DNA from: a bacterium
GTDB lineage: Bacteria > Zhuqueibacterota > Zhuqueibacteria > Oceanimicrobiales > Oceanimicrobiaceae
Assembly: GCA_037446635.1 (NCBI GenBank)
Contig: JBBIIG010000042.1
Location: 1 to 32,568 of the forward strand
Direction of reading: 5' to 3'
DNA: 32,568 nucleotides
Shown: piece after piece, positions 16,439 through 23,523 of the stretch
How the letters are laid out: the number at the start of each line of letters is the position of its first letter
Position numbering within the stretch: position 1 is the first letter of the stretch
Notes under the pieces: generated by a model
Told to the model about the DNA's origin: nothing
The model's database searches: none
Seen by the model: only the letters and a program-made list of their open reading frames with translations
Translations under genes and position numbers: made by a program

Positions 16439-18399
16439 TGGCCGAACTAATTGGTGTCTCACTCTCCCTCCACCTCGAGAGCATCCTCGCGGAATTCAAA
16501 GCGAAGGAGAGCATTTACGGTTATCCGAAACGAAAAATGTTTTTGGGATTTCCGGGCGTGGACTTCTCCGTGCAATTTCATGATCGAAAAGCGGCGACGT
16601 TGTTGGGACCCGCTTCGGGGCCGCACAGCCAGATGGTGCAGAACATCGTGCTGGCGTTTTTGGGCGGCGGCCGCATCATCGAGTTGAAGACGGTGCAGAT
16701 TCTCGATCGCCTCGAAATTCCGCGGCCGTGCATTTACATTCCCAACGTTGGTTACAATGTCGAGTGGTCGCAGGAATTGCGATTAGAGGATTCGTTCAAC
16801 GAGTATGTCACCGCGTGGGTGCTGCTGAAAATTATCGAAGAGATGGAAATTCTCGGTGTCCCCAAAGGCGATCCGTTTTACGACACGGTGTTCGATATTT
16901 CCGTGGGTTACGATTTGAAAGGCATCTCCTCCCCGCGCATGCACACCTGGCTGCACGAGTTCCAACATGCCGAGGCTGCCATCGCGCGTATTCTCGATTC
17001 TTTGCCGACGAAGTTCGCCCATTTGAAAAAGCTCAAAATAAATCCAGAGATCGCCGACTCAGTCACGCTTTCCACTTTTCACGGCTGTCCTGCCAATGAG
17101 ATCGAAGGCATTGTTCAGCATTTGATCGGTGAGCACGGCTTTCATGTCATCGTGAAAATGAACCCGACAATTTTGGGATACGAGTTTGTCGAGAAGACTC
17201 TGCACGAGGATTTGGGTTACAAAGAGATTGTGCTCGATCCGAAAGCCTTTGAAAATGATGTCGCGTTTGACGACGCCGTGGCGATGATGAAACGGCTGCA
17301 AACCTTCGCGGCGAAACATAATCGAAAAGTCGGCGCGAAATTTACGAACACCCTGGTGGTACGAAACAACCAGAGCATTTTCAAAGACGAGGTGATGTAC
17401 CTCTCCGGCGCACCTCTGCACGTTTTAGCGATGAACGCCATGCATCGCTTCCGCACCGAGTTGGGCGACGACTTTCCCATTTCGTTCTCCGCCGGCATCA
17501 CCAAGCACAACTTCGTGGATGCTGTCCTCTGCAACATGAAACCCGTCACGACTTGCACCGATTTGCTCAAGGAGGGCGGCTATACCCGGCTGTTCGATTA
17601 TCTCACCAAATTGAAAGAGGCGATGATGACCGCGGGCTGCCGCACCATCGAAGAATTTATTACGAACCGTGCAGACGAGACTGATATTCATCGCGCCGGA
17701 GTTGTAAACGCCCAACGCATCGTGCCGGCGCTGGTTCAAAATCCGCGCTATCATCAATCATCCAATCTAAAAACGCCGCCGAAGATTGATAGCCACCTCC
17801 AGTTGTTCGATTGTATAACTTGCTACAAATGTCTGCCGGTGTGTCCCAACGCCGCCAACTTTGCGATTCCGATCGGAGCCGTGAATTTTCCAACTCAAAA
17901 TTTCAAATGCGCTGCGGGAAAATTTGAGGCGGTCCCGGCAGAAAATTTCGTTTTGAATAAACTCGATCAGATCGCCAACCTCGCGGATTTCTGCAACGAG
18001 TGCGGCGACTGCGACACCTACTGTCCCGAACACGGCGGCCCGTTCATCGAGAAGCCGCGCTTCTTTTTTTCGGAAGCGAACTACCGCAAATTTGAAAAGT
18101 ACGACGGCTTTTATTTTCCAACGCCCAATTCGATGGTGGGACGAATTCAGGGGTGCGAATATTTTTTATCGTTTGATGAAAAGAAAAACGAGTATCGCTG
18201 GCGCAATGGCGAGGTGGAGTTTCTGCTGGATTTTGAGAATCGCTTTTTGGCAGGCATCGCCATGAACGGCCTGTCCGAGGGCGCTGAAATCGATATGACG
18301 CCGTTTTATATCATGCGAGTGCTGCTGGACGGGATACGAAACAATCCCAACGATTATACCTCGGTGATGCTGCGAGGACAATCTGGTGGAATTGATTAA
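16438..18399 (+). CDS. ygfK: YgfK-like oxidoreductase, short form (N-terminal barrel + 2x4Fe-4S, no GltD-like middle)
   Basis: GPASGPHSQMVQNIV, ELKTVQILD, YNVEWSQEL, TLSTFHGCP, KMNPT, KFTNT; CITCYKCLPVCPN and CNECGDCDTYCP. Confidence 0.85.
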   Translation: MAELIGVSLSLHLESILAEFKAKESIYGYPKRKMFLGFPGVDFSVQFHDRKAATLLGPASGPHSQMVQNIVLAFLGGGRIIELKTVQILDRLEIPRPCIYIPNVGYNVEWSQELRLEDSFNEYVTAWVLLKIIEEMEILGVPKGDPFYDTVFDISVGYDLKGISSPRMHTWLHEFQHAEAAIARILDSLPTKFAHLKKLKINPEIADSVTLSTFHGCPANEIEGIVQHLIGEHGFHVIVKMNPTILGYEFVEKTLHEDLGYKEIVLDPKAFENDVAFDDAVAMMKRLQTFAAKHNRKVGAKFTNTLVVRNNQSIFKDEVMYLSGAPLHVLAMNAMHRFRTELGDDFPISFSAGITKHNFVDAVLCNMKPVTTCTDLLKEGGYTRLFDYLTKLKEAMMTAGCRTIEEFITNRADETDIHRAGVVNAQRIVPALVQNPRYHQSSNLKTPPKIDSHLQLFDCITCYKCLPVCPNAANFAIPIGAVNFPTQNFKCAAGKFEAVPAENFVLNKLDQIANLADFCNECGDCDTYCPEHGGPFIEKPRFFFSEANYRKFEKYDGFYFPTPNSMVGRIQGCEYFLSFDEKKNEYRWRNGEVEFLLDFENRFLAGIAMNGLSEGAEIDMTPFYIMRVLLDGIRNNPNDYTSVMLRGQSGGID

Positions 18400-18497
18400 A
18401 TACGAGTTAATAATTTACTGGAGCGAAGAGGATCAAGCTTTCATTGCCGAAGTTCCCGAATTGCCTGGCTGTGCCGCAGACGGAAAGACCTATGAAT
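18386..18497 (+). pseudogene. HicB N-terminal stub
   Basis: IKYELIIYWSEEDQAFIAEVPELPGCAADGKTYE, cut by the TerC fragment. Confidence 0.8.
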
Positions 18498-18869
18498 GCA
18501 AATTGCCATTCTCGATATTGTTTTCTCGCTGGACTCGGTCATCACCGCTGTCGGGATGGCGAGGCATTTGCCCGTGATGATTTTAGCGATTGTGATCGCG
18601 GTGATCGTGATGATGGTCTCCGCGCGCAAAATTGGCGAGTTCGTCGATACTCACCCAACTATCAAAATACTGGCGCTGAGTTTTTTGATCTTGGTCGGCG
18701 TGGCGCTCATCGCCGAGGGGTTTGACTTGCACATCCCCAAAGGCTATATTTATTTCTCGATGGCGTTTTGGGTGGAATAGAAATGTTAAATATGAAGGTG
18801 CGCAAGGCGGCGGAGCCGGTGAAATTGCACAAGCCGCTGGTGGAGAAGTTGGAGAAGACGAAGGTGTAA
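18496..18869 (+). pseudogene. TerC-family membrane protein, C-terminal fragment
   Basis: QIAILDIVFSLDSVITAVGM..HPTIKILALSFLILVG..IPKGYIYF; tail EMLNMKVRK.. in a shifted frame. Confidence 0.85.
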
Positions 18870-18890
18870 AAATAAATTGAGGTATACGTA

Positions 18891-19100
18891 ATGAAAAAAT
18901 ATACTGCAATTGTGGAACGTTGTCCAGATACGGGTTTGTATGTGGGCTACGTTCCCGGTTTTCCGGGCGCCCACACGCAAGCGAATACGCTTGATGAACT
19001 ACACGAGAATCTTCGCGAAGTGATTGCGATGCTTCTCGAAGACGGTGAGCCGCAGTTGGATGCTGAATTCATTGGCACCCAGACTGTCATTGTTGACTGA
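18891..19100 (+). CDS. hicB: HicB-family antitoxin
   Basis: [50 protein letters not shown]. Confidence 0.9.
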   Translation: MKKYTAIVERCPDTGLYVGYVPGFPGAHTQANTLDELHENLREVIAMLLEDGEPQLDAEFIGTQTVIVD

Positions 19101-19102
19101 GA

Positions 19103-19327
19103 ATGGGAAACGTGCCAGTTTTAAAGCCTCGTGAGGTCGCTTCAATTCTTCAATCATTGGGTTTTGTGGAAGTCCGGCAGCGAGGTTCTCACAAACAGTA
19201 TCGTCATCCCGATGGCAGAGGTACGACGGTTCCGTTTCATCCGGGGCGAGATATATCACCGATTTTACTTCGCCAAATTGCAAAGGATATCGGTTTGACG
19301 ATTGAAGAATTTTTGAAGAATAGATAA
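19103..19327 (+). CDS. hicA: HicA-family toxin (intact)
   Basis: [30 protein letters not shown]. Confidence 0.92.
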   Translation: MGNVPVLKPREVASILQSLGFVEVRQRGSHKQYRHPDGRGTTVPFHPGRDISPILLRQIAKDIGLTIEEFLKNR

Positions 19328-19366
19328 AAACTAAGCAAATAGAGTCCACAGGCAAAGGAAGAAAAA

Positions 19367-21994
19367 ATGAATACGCAGCAGTTCACCCTCAACGGCATAA
19401 AGAAAACATTCGACGGCGACCCCGAGCTGCCGCTGCTCACCTACCTCCGCGAGCACGAAGGTATCACTTCGCCCAAAGACGGCTGCGCCCCGCAGGCGGC
19501 GTGCGGCTGCTGCGCGGTGGAACTTAATGGTGAGGCGGTGCTCTCCTGCGTCATCCCCATGAAAAAAGTCGCGGGCGGCAACGTGGTGACCATCGAGGGA
19601 CTGGGTGAGTACAAGCAAGATGTCTTTGCCAAAGCCTTTCTCGAAAAGGGCGGCGTGCAGTGCGGGTTTTGTATTCCGGGCATCGTGATGCAGAGCAAAG
19701 TTTTGCTCGATCACAACCCCAATCCCACGCGCGCGGAAGTTCAAAAGGCACTGACACCGCACCTCTGCCGCTGCACAGGTTACAAAAAAATTGAAGATTC
19801 GATTTTGTACGCCGCCGAAGTTTTGCGCAATGAAAAACGAATTGAAAACGGCCACCACACCGGCAAGCTCGGCGACCGCCTCCCTAAGTACGATTCGTAC
19901 GACGCGGTGCTCGGCCGCCGCCCATTTGTGTGCGATATGAAATTTGACGGGATGCTTTACGGCGCTTTGAAATTGAGCGACCATCCGCGCGCGAAAGTGT
20001 TGGCCATCAATACCAGCGCTGCGGAGAAGCTGCCGGGCGTCATCCGGGTGTTCACTGCCGATGATGTGCCGGGGGAGCGCTTCATTGGGCTGATTGTCTC
20101 CGATTGGCCACTCATGGTGAAAGTTGGCGAGCTGACGCGCTACGTCGGCGATGTGCTGGCGGGCGTCGTTGCGGAAAGTGAGGCTACTGCCCGACAAGCG
20201 CTGGAATTGATCAAAGTTGAATACGAGGTGCTGGCGCCGCTCACCGATCCGCACGCGGCCATGAAACCGGAGGCGCCGCAAATTCATCCCACCGGCAACA
20301 TTCTCTCGGAATCCATCATCAAACGCGGGGACGCGGATGCCGCGTTCAAAAATTCGGATTACGTGGTAAGCGGCACCTTTCAAACTCAGACAGTCGAGCA
20401 CGGCTATATGGAGCCGGAAAGTTGTATCGCAAAACCCTGGGGCGACGGCATCGAGGTGTTTTCACAGGGACAGGGGGTTTATGAAGATCAAAAACAGATC
20501 GCCAAAATTTTGAACCTGCCGCTGGAAAAAGTAAAAGTCGTGCTGGTGCCCAACGGCGGCGCTTTCGGCGGCAAAGAGGATTTGTCGGTGCAGGGCCACG
20601 CCGCGTTGTTCGCTCACCTTTTGCAGCGCCCGGTGAAAATCACCCTCACCCGCGACGAATCCATTTTGATGCACCCGAAGCGCCACCCCCTGTGGATGGA
20701 TTATCAACTTGGCTGTTCGAAAGACGGCAAGCTCACGGCGCTGAAAGCGCGCATCGTCGGCGACACCGGCGCTTATGCCTCCGTCGGCATGAAAGTGTTG
20801 GAGCGGGCGGCGGGACACGCGGCCGGAGCGTATTATGTTCCGGTCGTCGATGTTGAAAGTCGAGCGGTTTATACCAACAACATTCCGAATGGCGCGATGC
20901 GGGGTTTTGGCGTCAATCAAGTCACGTTTGCGATGGAGAGCCTGATGGACGAGCTGTGCGAAAAAGGCGGATTCGACCGCTGGCAGTTCCGTTACGACAA
21001 CGCCCTCGACGAGGGATTGACTACTTCCACCGGCCAGGTGATTAATCGCGCCGCCGGGGTGAAAGCTTGCCTGCTGGCGGTGAAAGACATTTTCAAAAAT
21101 GCAAAATACGCTGGCCTCGGATGCGGCATCAAAAATACCGGCATCGGCAACGGCATGCCGGATACCGGCAAAGCAAAAATCGTGATTGCCGCGCCGGACA
21201 AAATTATCATTCAACACGGCTGGACCGAAATGGGTCAGGGCGTGCACACTATGGCGGTGCAGATGCTGTGCGAGGAAATCGGCGTCGATCCGAAAATCGT
21301 CGAAGTGCGCGTGGAAACCAGTGACGATACTTTTTGCGGCATGACCACCGCCTCGCGCGCCACCTCGTTGGTGGGGCACGCAATTTTAGACGCCTGCAAA
21401 AAGTTGAAAGCCGATCTTGCTAATAACCCTGTCAGGGTTTCGAACCCTGACAGGGTTTTGGAACCGTTGGTCGGCCGCGAATACGTCGCCGAGTGGATTT
21501 GCGATTGGACCACCAAACCCGGCAAGCCGGCGAAGGAAATCGTCACCCATTATTCATACAGCTACGCCGCGCAGGTCGTGATCTTGAATGACGAAGGTAA
21601 AGTGGAAAAAGTGGTGGCGGCCCACGACGCCGGCAAAATCGTCAACCCCAACTTGTTTGAAGGCCAGATCGAAGGTTCCATTCACATGGGATTGGGCTAC
21701 GCGCTGACGGAGGATTTTCCGCAAGAAGGCGGCTATCCCAAAAGCACGCGGCTGCGCAAGTGCGGCATCCTGCGGGCCAAAGAAATGCCGGAGCTGGAAG
21801 TCATCGGCGTGGAGGTGCCCGATCCGTTTGGACCGTACGGTGCGAAGGGCGTGGGCGAAATCGGGTTGGTGCCGACGGCTGGTGCGGTAGCGAACGCGTT
21901 GTATCAGTTTGATGGGGTGCGCAGGTACAGTCTGCCGATGAGCGTGAAGCGTAGAGCGAGGAGCGAAGAGCGAAAAGTGAACAGTGACTTATGA
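19367..21994 (+). CDS. xdh: Selenium-dependent-type xanthine dehydrogenase family molybdenum hydroxylase (2Fe-2S + Moco fused)
   Basis: KDGCAPQAACGCC, QCGFCIPG, HLCRCTGY, GGAFGGKED, GAMRGFG, GMTTASR, GAKGVGEIG; located with ssnA and ygfK. Confidence 0.88.
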   Translation: MNTQQFTLNGIKKTFDGDPELPLLTYLREHEGITSPKDGCAPQAACGCCAVELNGEAVLSCVIPMKKVAGGNVVTIEGLGEYKQDVFAKAFLEKGGVQCGFCIPGIVMQSKVLLDHNPNPTRAEVQKALTPHLCRCTGYKKIEDSILYAAEVLRNEKRIENGHHTGKLGDRLPKYDSYDAVLGRRPFVCDMKFDGMLYGALKLSDHPRAKVLAINTSAAEKLPGVIRVFTADDVPGERFIGLIVSDWPLMVKVGELTRYVGDVLAGVVAESEATARQALELIKVEYEVLAPLTDPHAAMKPEAPQIHPTGNILSESIIKRGDADAAFKNSDYVVSGTFQTQTVEHGYMEPESCIAKPWGDGIEVFSQGQGVYEDQKQIAKILNLPLEKVKVVLVPNGGAFGGKEDLSVQGHAALFAHLLQRPVKITLTRDESILMHPKRHPLWMDYQLGCSKDGKLTALKARIVGDTGAYASVGMKVLERAAGHAAGAYYVPVVDVESRAVYTNNIPNGAMRGFGVNQVTFAMESLMDELCEKGGFDRWQFRYDNALDEGLTTSTGQVINRAAGVKACLLAVKDIFKNAKYAGLGCGIKNTGIGNGMPDTGKAKIVIAAPDKIIIQHGWTEMGQGVHTMAVQMLCEEIGVDPKIVEVRVETSDDTFCGMTTASRATSLVGHAILDACKKLKADLANNPVRVSNPDRVLEPLVGREYVAEWICDWTTKPGKPAKEIVTHYSYSYAAQVVILNDEGKVEKVVAAHDAGKIVNPNLFEGQIEGSIHMGLGYALTEDFPQEGGYPKSTRLRKCGILRAKEMPELEVIGVEVPDPFGPYGAKGVGEIGLVPTAGAVANALYQFDGVRRYSLPMSVKRRARSEERKVNSDL
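21425..21457. repeat. 33-bp nested REP-like palindrome in frame inside xdh
   Basis: AACCCTGTCAGGGTT-TCG-AACCCTGACAGGGTT; reads NPVRVSNPDRV. Confidence 0.9.
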
Positions 21995-22016
21995 AGAGCG
22001 AGAAGCATAGGGCAAA
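21940..22016 (+). repeat. 7-nt-period tandem repeat (GAGCGAA-like)
   Basis: GAGCGTG AAGCGTA GAGCGAG GAGCGAA GAGCGAA AAGTGAA CAGTGAC TTATGAA GAGCGAG AAGCATA GGGCAAA. Confidence 0.8.
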
Positions 22017-22500
22017 AACATCTACTCTTACGGACTCCGAAGCATTGGACTTGAAAATTGCAGAAATGATTAAGCAAGTTGAGGCCGTTGTTGGCAAGTT
22101 GGCGCCGTTTGTGGATGGGCTACTGGTACCGGCAATTATCAAACTTTTCAGAGAACGGGCAATTGAGGTTGACCGCATCCGGCAACGCGCCAGGGCACGC
22201 AAAGGCGTCAAATACCATGAGATCGACGTGCTGGCCGTTGGTGCAGAATATGCCGTGCTCATCGAAGCCAAGAGCACCTTGGGGGTACAAGACGTCAAGG
22301 AGCATTTGCAACGACTGGAAGATTTTAAGTCATTTTTTCCAGAGTACAAAGATCGAAAGATTGTTGGCGCGGTTGCTGGCATTGATATTCAAGAAGGCGT
22401 GGACCGCTACGCATATCAGCAAGGCTTGTTTGTCATTGGGCAGACCGGTGAGATGGTGAGGATCTTGAACGATAAGAAGTTTCAGCCGCGATTTTGGTAG
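21991..22500 (+). CDS. DUF3782-like PD-(D/E)XK nuclease-fold protein
   Basis: EIDVLAV..VLIEAKSTL..FKSFFPEY..GAVAGI..YAYQQGLFVI..FQPRFW; N-terminus is repeat-derived. Confidence 0.75.
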   Translation: MKSEKHRAKTSTLTDSEALDLKIAEMIKQVEAVVGKLAPFVDGLLVPAIIKLFRERAIEVDRIRQRARARKGVKYHEIDVLAVGAEYAVLIEAKSTLGVQDVKEHLQRLEDFKSFFPEYKDRKIVGAVAGIDIQEGVDRYAYQQGLFVIGQTGEMVRILNDKKFQPRFW

Positions 22501-22552
22501 AGTGGAACTCTGAAAGCGGAAAACGTTAATTCGTAAAACGGAAAGAAGAAAA

Positions 22553-22825
22553 ATGATTAAGCGATATATTTTGAGCGATTATGTCGAAGCAGCTATGGGT
22601 CTGGCTGTTTACGATAAGCTTGAGGATGCCACGTTTTCGGGTCGAATTCCTTCGTGCAAAGGGGTGGTCGCATTTGGAACTACCTTGCGGGAGTGTGAAA
22701 GCGAGTTGCGTTCGACTCTGGAAGATTGGATTTTAGTCGGGCTAAAGCTTGGTCATACCCTGCCTGTAATTGCTGGAATTGATCTAAACCAGGAACCAAA
22801 ACTTGCGCCGATGGGCACCGTGTAA
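22553..22825 (+). CDS. hicB: HicB-family antitoxin
   Basis: YDKLEDATFSGRIPSCKGVVAFGTTLRECESELRSTLEDWI. Confidence 0.85.
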   Translation: MIKRYILSDYVEAAMGLAVYDKLEDATFSGRIPSCKGVVAFGTTLRECESELRSTLEDWILVGLKLGHTLPVIAGIDLNQEPKLAPMGTV

Positions 22826-23033
22826 ACGCCGCGATTTTATCAAGCGTTTACGCAGCCTCGGATTTAGCGGACCCTATTCCGGGACTCGACATCAATTTAT
22901 GGTTTATCAACAACATCGCTTAGCGATTCCTTCCAACAGCGAATACTCAGTACCCCAATTAAGAATGATGATTCAAGAAGTTGAGGAAATCTTGGGCCGA
23001 ACCATTTCGCTAAAAGAATGGAATCAATGGTAG
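22803..23033 (+). CDS. hicA: HicA-family toxin (intact)
   Basis: FIKRLRSLGFSGPYSGTRHQFMVY..LAIP. Confidence 0.85.
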   Translation: MRRWAPCKRRDFIKRLRSLGFSGPYSGTRHQFMVYQQHRLAIPSNSEYSVPQLRMMIQEVEEILGRTISLKEWNQW

Positions 23034-23523
23034 ATGAATTCATATTTTTGATGGCGTGCGGGCGGTATAAGCTGCTGATGGGGGGACGGGAAGCGCAGAG
23101 CGTAATTCTAAAACCGGAAATCGAATAACGGAAATCGCAATTTGGAATTAGTTTCTTTTTCAATTTAATAGTGAAATTGCAGAAATGATCAAGCAAGTTG
23201 AGGCCGTTGTTGGCAAGTTGGCGCCGTTTGTGGATGGGCTACTGGTACCGGCAATTATCAAACTTTTCAGAGAACGGGCAATTGAGGTAGATGATCACCT
23301 CCAATGCCTGGCTGAGTTTAAATCGTTTTATCCGGAGTAGAAGGATCGGAAGATTGTGGGCGCGGTTGCTGGCATTGATATTCAAGAAGGCCGCTATGGT
23401 TACCAGCAGGGCCTATTTGTCATCGGGCAGAGCGGCGAGATGGTGAGGATCTTGAACGATAAGAAGTTTCAGCCGCGATTTTGGTTCCGAACCATTTCGC
23501 TAAAAGAGTGGAATCAATTATAA
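23034..23523 (+). pseudogene. Compressed second copy of the xdh-thrC junction (thrC-like start, xdh 3' end, 7-mer repeat, DUF3782 remnant, hicA tail)
   Basis: 23047-23105 resembles xdh 21908-21958; 23174-23288 matches 22055-22169 (1 mismatch); 23487-23518 matches 22997-23028 (1 mismatch); internal deletions and a stop codon. Confidence 0.88.
23111..23149 (+). repeat. 7-nt-period tandem repeat (AAATCGG-like)
   Basis: AAACCGG AAATCGA ATAACGG AAATCGC AATTTGG AATT. Confidence 0.6.

Noticed and set aside
19367..21994. Selenocysteine read-through in the Se-type XDH or ygfK
   Set aside because: Both ORFs are uninterrupted; this family uses labile selenium; the DUF47 stop is TAA, not TGA.
11580..23523. 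Integron array as the explanation for the TA cassettes
   Set aside because: I found no attC-like palindromes between these genes and no intI; the cassettes are separated by large core genes.
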